The notes under the pieces: generated by a model | What the model saw: the letters and a program-made list of their open reading frames with translations, nothing else | Databases searched by the model: none | Told to the model about the DNA's origin: nothing | Part shown: positions 21,429 to 33,419 of the stretch, piece after piece | Numbering within the stretch: position 1 is the stretch's first letter | How the letters are laid out: each line of letters begins with the position of its first letter | Position numbers and translations under genes: made by a program | Assembly (NCBI GenBank): GCA_946965045.2 | Contig: OX337231.1 | Span: 1,054,001 to 1,118,000 of the forward strand | Length of the DNA: 64,000 bases | Reading direction: 5' to 3' | Source of the DNA: Epithemia pelagica | Lineage: Eukaryota; Protista; Bacillariophyta

Positions 21429-24400
21429 CACTCCTTGGTTCCGTTGTCGAGTCCAACTGCGGATCCATTCCCATGATGATATTGCGTAGTTTGTAAAACA
21501 AACTCCCTTGTAGAGGCTTTGTAAAAAAATCCGCCACCATGTCGTGAGTTGGGCAGTAATCGATCCAAATCGTTCCGTTCTTGACATGATCCGTTATGTA
21601 GAAATATCGGATATGCATATGTTTTGTCCGCTTGGTACTGGACTTTCGTCCATTCTTCTCAAGAAGGATAGAGCTCATATTGTCCTGATAAACAATATTT
21701 TCCCCTACCACAAATCCCTGTGCCTCGAGGAAATGTTTGGTCCATAACACATGTGGTAGTACATCGTGCACCCCAACAACTTCGCTTTCCGTTGAACTCC
21801 GCGTAACCAACTTTTGTTTCCAGCAGGCCCTGCTAAATATGGCCCCTGTTCCCATGGACAACGCAGCTCCTGTGTACGATGCATCAATCCACCAGTGCAA
21901 TTATCCGCTATCATCAATCCGGATAGTCAAAGGGAGATTGACTGTGCCTTGCAGGTATCTCATCATTCTTGTCAGCTTCTTATAGTCATCTTCATCAGGT
22001 TTGGTTAGCCTCCCACATAGGAACGACACAGCTGTTCGAATATCCGGCCTTCCCCTCTGACTGAGATAGAGTGCCTGCATCACTAGATGCACAAAGATCT
22101 CCTTTTGCTCGTCATTCAGCAATTTTGGGCTTTCTTCGTTTATCTTGAACAATGAATTTGATGCAGGTGTTGCTGCTGTTCCAATCATTTCGTTCGGCAT
22201 GTCATTCAGCATATTCTTGACATACGATTCCATTCTAATTTTCATCGCCCCGTCTGTTTCGTAATCCAAAATCATGCCCAAGTAATCGTGTTTCTTTCCT
22301 CTGGAGATAGAGATAGGTCCTTCCTTACCAAATTCATCCTGCATTTGATTGATAAAATCGTCCACCGCCTTCGGGTTGACATGGGACACTTTCAGGTCAT
22401 CCACATGCCAAGTTACAGTCAACTGTTCACCATCTACAATCTTGTTTCCAACACAATCATCATACGGGTTCATGATGAACCCCCACTCCTTCAGTTTCGA
22501 GGTGAGCTGTTCCCAGAACAACCATGCAGCCTTCAGTGTCCCGTACAATGCCTTTAAAAGCTCAACATAGAGAATCATCTCTCCCTTCTCATAGCAAACA
22601 TAGGCTCGATAGCTTTCGTCGATGGCCAATAGAATTCCCACCATTTCACCTGTAAATCTGACGTGTACTATTTCATCCATATCGGCCTGCATAAATGCCC
22701 CAGGGACATCAATTACCGCAACCTCGCGCCGTTCCTTTGCGTCTACAGCTGCTGTTAACAGCACTGCTTCTGTCTTCACGGTTGGTGATGTAGACTCTTC
22801 TTTTCCAATGTAGTCGCGCTGTTTTCGACCATCCGCGCAACCGCGCCCCTTGATTTTCCCCGTCCTTTTTCGCTTGAGAAACATTAAATATGCGAGAGCG
22901 TCTCTCCGCTGTTTATAGGACAGAGTGGATCGATGAACAGTCTTCATGACCTTGCGATCATGCAGTTGTTGCATTTCTTTCTTGATCGCTTCCATACCCA
23001 GTTCTCCAAAATATTTGAGCCTCAGTTTCATGCTCATCTGAGGTGTCTCCACCGTATCCTCCAAGTTAGCAATTTCGGCCAGGAGTGCACCGTCATCATC
23101 GCCAGTCTCGAATGTATCTGGTCTATACCGATGATCATAATTCCGGTCACGGCGGGTTCTCAAACTGTATCCGTGAGTTGGTTCCTCAATAAATCCAGGC
23201 TCATTGGCACCGTCGTTTGGTCCATCTGCTTCAGCCACAAGATCATCATCATTATCGGCATTGTTGTCACCGTCATCAACCGAGCCATCTTCTTCCTCTC
23301 CCTCATCATCGTCATGTGGTGCTTCTGGCTGGTGGTCGACAATCGGTTCAGCCTTGTCGACAATCTCTTCGGGCACTACTTGATTTGGAATATCTTCCTC
23401 ATGCTCATTGTCCTCATCTTCAATGGCATCCAAACTGGCATCCTCCCCGTACTCGGATTCATCGTTTTGTCCTTCCTCGCCATCCCGAGGATCAAAGTCA
23501 CTATCATCGTCGTCATCATCATCATCGGGCCAGTCATCCACTTGAGCCAAATTATTTCTGTCTCCAAACATCAACCCAGGGTTCACCTTTTGACTTCGGG
23601 CCATACGATGCACTCTGTCTATCACATCATCAGGCATTGGCAATGGTGTTGCATGCAGCCGGTTGATTACCCTTCCCGTTGATAATCTCAAGACGTAAAA
23701 ACTTCCTTGTGCATTACCTGTAGGGAGAAGAGCCAGGGCGCCAATTGTCCTTGGGTTCATTGAGTTGTCATGCTCTTCATGAGTTTGACAATACTCTCCG
23801 AATTGGAATTTGCAGTGCTTAGTAGCGTAATCTAACTTTTGCCCTGTAACAATTGTTCTTGGGCTTGATTCTCTGGAAACCCCTCTTGCATGCGGGAACC
23901 CATTTAACCAGAATACAGCGGCTTTTGCCATTTCAATCACCAATCGGCCTGGCATCTTCTTGAATGGTAGGGTATTGTAGGTGGCTCTCATTCTCTCTTT
24001 AATCACGCGGATATATCGTTCGATATCACCAACGTGTTCATCTCGTGAAGTATCATTGAGGGCCACACTCATGTCCGCCAAATTGCCCCTTAAATAACTA
24101 AACGCGCCGTCCATCAGAGATGCCACCACTCGGAATCCTCCCCTCCGATAGATTTGACAAATATGCTTGAGACTTTCCATCATGTTGTTCCTGTTTAGAC
24201 TTGGCATAGCCTCGATGGTCCCAAAATGAATGTCTCGTGAGACGCTACTAGCCAACATAGCAATCTTGTTCACGTGTAATACTTCCACACAAATCGTGAC
24301 TCGTCTGTACTTCTCCAGAATGGACTGAGGCACGGGAGTCACAGGTGAATCCACGATTGGAGGACGCCGTCTTGTAGTTTTCCCTTTGAGGGCCCCGATG

Positions 24401-26156
24401 TCTTGACCAAAAATATACTCAGCTGCCTTAATGTCTGCCTTTGTCACCGGACAATTGGGTAGAGCGTTCTCTTTAATGATCTTTATGTAATCTCTTGTAC
24501 TTGGGCGGCCAATCTTAATTTGCACTTCTCTTGCTCTAAGTGCTCAAAGATAGTCGTTGTTCGTGAATCTAGATTTATTGCCCTGCACGGTATTCACAAC
24601 GAACAAGTTCTCGGTCGTATTCTTCTCTTCATGCTTCTCTTCTTTACTGAGACTCTCCGTAGTATCTAGGTAGTGTAGACCCGACTGTGATTCCTTGAAT
24701 ATAAATTTCTTTCCGTTGGGCTTGGTCACAACGAACATTCCACCTTCTGTTCCATCTTGATATTCAACTTGATATTTTCTCCGTACTCGACTTAAGCTTA
24801 AAACATTAGCTATCCCGTTTGGATCAAACCACACTTCACCATAGCCCTCTAGATCGCCTCGTAAGGTAGTAGTTCGTTTGCCAGCATTACAATGTATAGT
24901 CATCTTGGTATTTCCTTTTCTTATGTTCTTCAGTAGTTGTCTGTTACAAAACACATCAACGGTGGATTGACTATCCAGAAGTATCCACTTCTTTGGAATA
25001 GTTGCGTGAGTTTGTGAGAACGAAAACATTACAGCGTCGAAACCAGCTTCCTCACCGTTGTCGTTGTTGTTATTACTGTTCTCTGCATTATTAGGACAAT
25101 CACGGGCGAAGTGAGACCACAGTTGTAACAGGTGACATTGCTCATGTCCCGATTGTTACCAGTCGACGACTGCGCAAATGCAATTCCGTCATTTTCTGTA
25201 AGATTAACCACGTTGTCCTCCTCGCGACGACGCAAGATGTTGTAAGCCTTGTGTACTGTCTTGGGGTAGTTGTCGTTCCCGTCCAGTTGACTGTTCCTTA
25301 AGTGCTTGATAAAGCCTTTATGGTTCTCATTAGTTCCGCGGATGAATCGCACAGCCGGTGCACGTTGCTTAGCCTCTTCTCTATCATCATCGTTGGGATC
25401 TTCTCTTCCATTGCCATCAGCTACCTCTTCTACCATGGCCTGGTCCCAAATTGTGACCCTAACTTCGTCTAGCACTTCCACCTGTGCTAAGAAGATCTCG
25501 TGATACTTCTCTAAACTCATGTGTTTGCCCTGACGTAACTTGTGGAAGGATTCCTTCACGTCGCACAATGCATCGGCCAGATTACGTCGTTCCTCGAAGG
25601 TGTGAATAAGTGACCTCACGATAATTAGTAGGGCGATTCCATCTTGACTTGCTGCCGCAAAATCTTCATGGGACTTTAGACGTTCTTGTAGTGCATCGGT
25701 ACATTGCCCATATACCATATTATAGAGACCTGCCCGGAAGTTTGCGTACTCTTGAATCTTTACCCTGTGGTCCTTGATATTTAATTTCCAATATTCAAAG
25801 GCAATCTGGTCATTAGGGTCCGGCTCATTGGGAGGGTCAGGGTTGTTCAACTCGAGACTTTCTACCGCTGATGCGAAGTCGGCTGGGTATTTGGAATAGG
25901 TACGCCCAACGAAATTTGCAATCTCCTTTGTTGTTCGAATGTACCTGTCTGGGGTTCTCTCCCCCGTGTAATCATAGATGTGTCCTGCCAAGGACGGTTC
26001 ACGCCCCTCAAACTTGCCCGGTCTCCCTGTCTGGTTGTTTTGGCGTCCACGGAACCGATTACCTCGACCAGCCCTGCCGCCTCGATTGCGGCTATTTCCT
26101 CGGCAATCGCTACCAACATCTCCGGAGGAAGGAGGCGCATTTTCTTCAGAAGACAT
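21097..26156 (-). pseudogene. pol: gag-pol of copia element 2 with a frameshifting deletion in the CCHC knuckle and two in-frame stops
   Basis: Frameshift near 25115 (CYNCG...HFARDCP), TGA at 24544-24546, TAA at 21901-21903; the ORF reads on into the 3' LTR. Confidence 0.92.
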
Positions 26157-26157
26157 G

Positions 26158-26171
26158 CTCTATAGGAAAAA
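26158..26171 (-). other. Non-tRNA primer-binding site, exact complement of LTR positions 26240-26253
   Basis: Minus strand TTTTTCCTATAGAG directly after the LTR-terminal CA; the LTR carries CTCTATAGGAAAAA 68 nt upstream of its end. Confidence 0.7.
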
Positions 26172-26392
26172 TGTTGAAGCCAGGCGCTCAGCGTTCAGCG
26201 TATGCGTCGGCACGTCCGTAAACCGCTTACTAAACTTCGTTTTTCCTATAGAGTGGTGAGCATATTTTGCTCATTACTTTCTAGTCTTACTTTCTTGCTT
26301 GACCCGGACTTCCCGATCAGGATGTCCAGGTAGGACGGTCTTGTTATGACTGGCTTACCACGGCCCTTTTCGGAATCCGTGTTGCTTCTCGT
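26172..26392 (-). repeat. Truncated 5' LTR of copia element 2
   Basis: Matches 21023-21240 with about 5 substitutions and a 3-bp indel; the U3 end is replaced by unrelated repeat sequence. Confidence 0.9.
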
Positions 26393-26402
26393 CACCAATG
26401 AC

Positions 26403-27274
26403 AAACATACAGTTTTCACTTTGTCCATAAGTCCAAGTTAAAATCTTTCCCTTGACTGCTATAGTTGGAATGCACCCACTTTGCAAGCTTGGTTACTTAT
26501 TTGCAGTCAGGGGAGTGCTGGATCATTTAACAGCAGCCCAAGGAAGGTAGGCAACAGGGAAAATTGTATCTCTGATGAGCAGGATGATCCATCACCCCAG
26601 GTATAAATCCATGTAAAATAGAACAGTTGCTTCTGACAGAGGCCTCATTGGATTGAGGAGCTCGGCAGAAAGTTCTGAATTGGGGTTGTTGTTAATACAG
26701 TTGAATACATCTCCATATTGATTTAAGATTACATATATTCCAAAAATCTAGAACTGAAATTGCAAGATCTCACTCAAGACTGCAATGGAATTTTACAAGA
26801 ATTTACAGGACTACTAGTTGACTTGGTGTTTTGTACTAACAAAAACTTACATGCATGGTCAACAATTATTACAAAATGGCACAACAGCACTCAAAAAGAA
26901 ATTCAACAGCACAAACACTGTGAAATAACTATGGAATGGAAATTTTCCTACTCAAGATGGCCTCATATCCCATTAAATGTCGCCACTGGACAAATGCACA
27001 GATTAATTCCAAACTCTAATGGATCTCGTGCATGACACATGTTGATCTAGGATGACTTGATCTGACTGATCAACCATCACAAGTTTAAGTCTTGAGCGTT
27101 AGATCGTCGTACTCCCAAGATTGTTTTTTACGTGAAAAATTCACCTACGTAACACAGCAGAAAACAGTCCAGATGGTCACTCAATATCAGTAGCAGAAAG
27201 CACCCAAAACTGTTCTCCAACTACCAAGTATGTAATTTCCTATAACTTTTGAACGGTACGTACCAAGCCTTTCA
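26403..27274 (+). repeat. Direct repeat copy A (about 870 bp, offset 3216)
   Basis: Near-identical to 29619-30490; identical shadow ORFs 26760-27035 and 29976-30251. Confidence 0.93.
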
Positions 27275-29618
27275 TATTTCCTTTCTGTTTCCAAAACTGT
27301 CTGTTCCACATTGACCACATCCCATGACCATGGGGACTGTGGTTGTTGTCAAATGGGATATTTGATCCGGTTATCCCAAGCCTTATTCACTATATCATGG
27401 CACAATACAGTTATCATTCCATTTAAAGGAAGATCCTTCTTATTCATCCAAACAGATTTTGATTCAACTTGACTGGCACTAGTCTGATCTGAGAGTTGAT
27501 ATTGATGTCTGATTGGAACTTCAATATGGTAGCATTAGCTTGCACAGTTCCTCCCAGAACAACTGCTGCAGAATGTTCCTTTATACCACAATTTGTCCCT
27601 TCATGACTAGTGTATGTACAATCATCATAATGTCAAAGATTCTTAGGGTAACAATGGACAAGGTGTCGGTCATGTATAAAAACATATACTGTAAGGAAAC
27701 ATTGAATTTTCCTTTGCAATTCTCTTGAAAGAAACTTGCGGACATTTCTGGAATGAATATAAGCAAGTAATAATGACTATGATGTAATTAATTCATCTTG
27801 AGTCTCACAATACCTGGTGTAGCACCACTGTTTGACAGTGAAGCAAAAGAGATTGTATTACCAAAAGAGCAATATCATCCTTTATGGATGACAACCTTCT
27901 TCAACTTCTGTGATTTCATGCAAATCTCCATCAGTGATTATTGCTTTTAGCTCATTAACCCATTCCCCACCAAGAAGCTTTGGCAAGGCCCAGGAGAAAA
28001 CCCATCGAATTCTTGCTTGTTTTGATACCAAACATGGCAGAGACAGGAGGAACTTCCGTCGAGATGAATGTTGAAGAATGTTTCTAAGGAGGGATGAGTT
28101 TTGAAGAGATGCTGAGCATTGATTGTAACCTGATGTCTATGACACCACTATCGTATTTTCCAAAGGATGAGCGAATTGAAGACGTCTAGATTCCTTGTTG
28201 GTTACTTCAGTAACATCCACCTTGAGAACAACATGAGGAAATAATCAGAACATATGCTTTTCCTTGTTTGTGATCCAAGCACAAGCAATAAAGAAATTTT
28301 GGTCTGGTTGGATTTCCAATGTATCCATATCTGCGGAGTACTCATCAAGTATTTCTACACAAAAGGCAGTCATGTACATTTTGTTGGCCATCATCATATT
28401 TGTTCTCACTGAATATCATACCAGCTTGACGCTGGAGTCTTACATTTATTAGTATCTCAATTCAGGAGTTGACTGTGACTATTCCAAGACAGCTTCTGCA
28501 CTGACTTTAATCAGCCAATGCCAACAAAGATGTTGCCAAAGATGTTTGTTGGAAGTGGCTCTTGACGACTGGTACAATTCTGTAGTTGATTTCTTATCAC
28601 ATCTGGTAACTATCCAGAGCATTTTATTGGACATTGCTGCGAATTCAGACTACATCGGACAGTACAAACCAAAACTAGCCATCAAAGTATGGATGGGAAA
28701 GCAAGTATCGATGAGACAAGGTGTATCGAAAGGATTCCTTTTTTCCCCGAAGTTAAGCCTATTTATCAATTCACCAAAACCACATGAAGTCGACATTCAC
28801 ACAATTGGAGAAGTGAAAGGCAAAAATGCAATGAGCCTGTATCTTTTCTTTTTTGAGTGTGCGATTTGTAAAGACCTTCTGTGGACCCTTTCCTCACCAA
28901 TTCTCCTGCTGTTGCCTCTCTTGTCATTGTGTAATGATATTTTTTGGTATTCCATTTCAGTGCTATTCCCTGGTGGCTGTTTACACTTCTTGTTGTACCG
29001 TGGGTAGCGGTCATGAATGTTCTTGACATGTATGGAGGTTCACTTCCCATTGAAAGAGCCTTGTACCGCCGGTAGCAGTCATGAAAGTTCTTGACATGTA
29101 TGGAGGTTCACTTCCCATTGGAAGCGCCTTATGATTAGCCAATGCCTTCTTGTTTGTATTACCATGTATTACCATTCATTAAAACCAGTCACATTGGCAG
29201 CTCTGAAAATACTGGCCAGTAAGATTGAAAAAGACCCTTGTTCATCAAAAAACAGTGCTGGGGTTGCTACAAGGAGGGAATTCATTTCTGCTGAAATATG
29301 CATAGTAGCCTTTGATGTGGTCTGCTTGAGGGAGCCATCCAATGAATGCACAAATGTCAACCTCCATTATTGTCGCAGTTGAAATACAGTCATCTCCAGT
29401 ATGCATTGAGAATATGATAGGTGAGATCCATTCTGTTTCTAAGGAGTTAAAGTATCAGTCAAATTCTATCATGCATTTTGGCAGGCAGAATTGTGAGGCA
29501 CGGTAGTTGGCTTGATAACAAGATAGGGATGAGGAAAAGTCTGTGCGTCTGTCCAGTATTTTGGGGACCTATAATGGGATATGAAAAGAAATGACTTTTA
29601 GACTGATCACCACTGACC

Positions 29619-30490
29619 AAACATACAGTTTTCACTTTGTCCATAAGTCCAAGTTAAAATCTTTCCCTTGACTGCTATAGTTGGAATGCACCCACTTTGC
29701 AAGCTTGGTTACTTATTTGCAGTCAGGGGAGTGCTGGATCATTTAACAGCAGCCCAAGGAAGGTAGGCAACAGGGAAAATTGTATCTCTGATGAGCAGGA
29801 TGATCCATCACCCCAGGTATAAATCCATGTAAAATAGAACAGTTGCTTCTGACAGAGGCCTCATTGGATTAAGGAGCTCAGCAGAAAGTTCTGAATTGGG
29901 GTTGTTGTTAATACAGTTGAATACATCTCCATATTGATTTAAGATTACATATATTCCAAAAATCTAGAACTGAAATTGCAAGATCTCACTCAAGACTGCA
30001 ATGGAATTTTACAAGAATTTACAGGACTACTAGTTGACTTGGTGTTTTGTACTAACAAAAACTTACATGCATGGTCAACAATTATTACAAAATGGCACAA
30101 CAGCACTCAAAAAGAAATTCAACAGCACAAACACTGTGAAATAACTATGGAATGGAAATTTTCCTACTCAAGATGGCCTCATATCCCATTAAATGTCGCC
30201 ACTGGACAAATGCACAGATTAATTCCAAACTCTAATGGATCTCGTGCATGACACATGTTGATCTAGGATGACTTGATCTGACTGATCAACCATCACAAGT
30301 TTAAGTCTTGAGCGTTAGATCGTCGTACTCCCAAGATTGTTTTTTACGTGAAAAATTCACCTACGTAACACAGCAGAAAACAGTCCAGATGGTCACTCAA
30401 TATCAGTAGCAGAAAGCACCCAAAACTGTTCTCCAACTACCAAGTATGTGATTTCCTTTAACTTTTGAATGGTATGTACCAAGCCTTTCA
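29619..30490 (+). repeat. Direct repeat copy B, followed by internal sub-repeats to about 30870
   Basis: Matches 26403-27274; 30455-30562 recurs at 30637-30741; 30763-30869 matches 27280-27386. Confidence 0.9.
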
Positions 30491-31879
30491 CGTTTGGCTC
30501 ATTCCACAGTCCATAATGTGATGTTTCTAATGAGCTATTGGATCCTTCTGTGGCACATCCAGAGTGAAAGTTATTGTCGCATCGACATTGGATGGCCTGA
30601 ATTCTGCCTGTCGAGTTTTCAATTCTTTGACTCGCTATAACTTTTGAATGGTACATACCAAGCCTTTCGGATTTGGCTCATACAAAAGTCCGTAACATGA
30701 TGATTTTAACAAGCTATTGGATTCTTCTGTGGCACATCCAGCGAAACATGATGGAGGTGCTTCCTTTTGGTTTCCAAAACTGTCTGTTCCACATTGACCA
30801 CATCCCATTACCATGGAGACTGTGGTTGTCATTGAATGGCATATTTGATCCGGTTGTCCCAAGCCTTATTGACAAGATGTAAGTCATGAACATTGCATAG
30901 GTCATCGTCCTCATTTGAAGGAAGGAAATTCTGCTTTCGAATCTTCACATGCAAGGGATACTGCATCATACCATTCTTCTCATTTGAAACACAAGCAGAT
31001 AAAAGCTTACAACACACATCACACAGTGCAAACTATTCAATCAAAAATTTCCAGCTACAAAACACAGATCAAATAGTACTATCTGATAAGCCATCAAATA
31101 AGCTACACCATATGAAGATTACAGTTGTCTACCTGGGTACAATTGTGGAGTTGTCTTTGCCTCATGCTTGGCTCCACTTTTGTCTTTATTAGTCATTGGA
31201 ATGGAGAGGGCCCAAAAACCCAGATGCTGTTTTGCAGCTGATGCCAGGAGGCTTTTGCAAAAGCTACTTGTGTCATCATTGTCGTTTCAATGGAACGTGA
31301 GTCGACTTTCAATATTTTTCCCATTGGCGTTTACTGATACCATAAGCAACTAGGTGGAAACCACGGGGCCGTATTAAGCTAGCTAGGAACCCTAAACCCA
31401 GCGACTCCCATATATATTATGGAAGCTTTGCTTTCAGTTTCGGTGGAGGATTTTTCTGGCCATAGGCCGTGGCAAAGTACCATCAAAAGACCCTAGTAAG
31501 CCGAAGAAGCAAATTTCTTATTACCTGGTATCGATGCTCACACCCTCCCACACTAGATAACGACTGAGGATGCTGTTGATTTTGCCGAAGCCAATTACTA
31601 CTGTAAAAGTTGATGACATAGAACCATACGTTGAATCTTTGTTTGCCTGTTACTATAACATCAAACAGTGAGACCCAACGCACTCGCGGTTATACTTTCA
31701 AATCGTTTGAAGAAATAGTTTGAAATATGTTTTAATTAATAACTTTCACCCAATCTGTCACCTCCACTTGTCAAAGCTTCTGGTTCCAATCCATCTGACG
31801 CTTGCGGGTCTCTGGGAATATCTTTAGGGACTTTGTCATCGTTGTTTGTCCCAACAACTTGATGCTCTTCGGGTGCATC

Positions 31880-32200
31880 TTGAGGACCTTGGGCATTGAA
31901 ATGACTAAAACCGCCATCAATAGACGGCTGAATGAACAAAAGGAAAAATTGCATCTGGCCGAACAAAGTGGAGACCGACCCACAGCAAAGGCAATACGAC
32001 ATCGAATGACTGCCAAGAGAATAAAACAAGTGTACCAGAAACTACGACAATACAGAGGTCAAGAGAAAGCAGGAATCTCACGTCTCACTGTCACATCCGA
32101 TCCCAACAATACCGACTATGAAACAAACACTGCTGAATGGATCACAATCGACACACAAGAGCGGTTACTATGAAGGAATCAATGCCATTTTGGGCAAGCG
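31880..32200 (+). pseudogene. Non-LTR retrotransposon (Ambal-like LINE) ORF2 fragment
   Basis: IKQVYQKLRQYRG..GISRLTV..DP...EWITIDT resembles the EN-RT linker of diatom LINEs; recognised from memory only. Confidence 0.5.
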
Positions 32201-32269
32201 AGCAACACTTTTCCAACGACACCACCCTTTTCAGAATGAGTGGATTGGAGATCATGATTTTCTGAACCA

Positions 32270-32500
32270 TCCAAGATCTGTTCAATGACCACTGTGGATA
32301 CTTATTTGTCTGGATGTGGACTGGTTGCATTGTTGCTGCTAGTTGTCTCTCAACAGCTTGTTCAGTCCATACGTTCTCATGGATGCTTGACCCTTCATCC
32401 CCTGTTCGGAACAACCCTTCATTGATGCAATAGTTATGCAGATTTGCTATTGCACAAATAATCCTTGAAATGTTTTCAACCTTCACACTCAAAGGTCAAT
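32270..32500 (-). pseudogene. PIF/Harbinger transposase C-terminal fragment
   Basis: ISRIICAIANLHNYCINE matches the DDE_Tnp_4 IIxACxxLHNFC motif. Confidence 0.65.
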
Positions 32501-33049
32501 TAGGGATACATCATTTCTTTGTCATCCATCCAAATGTCATTTCTATCCGAATCCGACAGTGTGACGCAAAAAAGTTGAAATTATCATGATCCTTCATAAG
32601 AGCTGCACTGCCACCGGTATGCAATGCTCTGTATGTAGGTAGGCACAGTCTTCAATGGCACGAAACAAACCAGGCAAGTTCTCAATTTTGTTTGCTTAGC
32701 TGCACTCATGCACTGCATCATGATCTTCTGCAATTTTTTACTTGAGTTTCAGAAAGACTTGGGTCGCCGTTGCCTCGTGTTCTTATCGTCTGTCTCAGAT
32801 GCCGTGGCGACAGCCCAAACATGCCAGCATTTCCTTGGTCATTTCGATTGCCTAGGTAGGTGGGTGGAAAGACTGAAGAATCTGGTATTTTGACTTGCTC
32901 CTTAAACAATGGCTCTTGCAAGAATTGGAGACGACAATGATGAGGCCGAACAAGCCATGTGGGACCATGCTATCTTTTCAGAAACAGAAAGAAGAAGGAA
33001 AAGATAGTTTGTGGCATGGAATGTCCAGCAAAAAGTATTTAATGAATGC

Positions 33050-33419
33050 TGGACACGTTGTAGGAGATCTTCTGAAAAAAGACAGGGACGGTAAGCATCT
33101 GAAAACTACGGCGATGGTCCCAGTCGTGGCGTCATGCAAACCAGAATTGGATGTGAGTCTGGAATTGAATGCAAACATGACATCAAGGTTTCATCAGTTG
33201 ATTGGTGTATCACGTTGGGCCATTGAATTGGGTATAGTCGATATTTATCCGGAGGTTTCACTCATTTTGCAATACTTGGCCAACCTGAGAGAGGGTCACT
33301 TGGAAGTGGTGTACCACATTTATGCCTTTCTTAAGTCACATCAGAAGTTGGAGTTGGTTTTTGACCCAATTGATGTGGTGCTTGACGAGACATGCTTCGA
33401 ACACATCCCAATAACCTGA
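33050..33419 (+). pseudogene. Copia RT thumb fragment
   Basis: KPELDVSLEL..RFHQLIGVSRWAIELG..DI..EVS....LA..REGHLE.VYHIYAFL, homologous to pol of element 1. Confidence 0.85.

Larger units (their letters stand above)
21023..26392 (-). mobile_element. Ty1/copia LTR retrotransposon 2, defective, 5' LTR truncated
   Basis: gag with zinc knuckle, PR LLDSQST, INT, RT WHVDD, RH WWIDASY in copia order; 218-221-bp LTR segment shared at both ends. Confidence 0.95.

Noticed and set aside
27275-29600. Coding-like fragments between the 870-bp repeats
   Set aside because: Too many stops and no diagnostic motif; probably an old TE but unassignable by eye.
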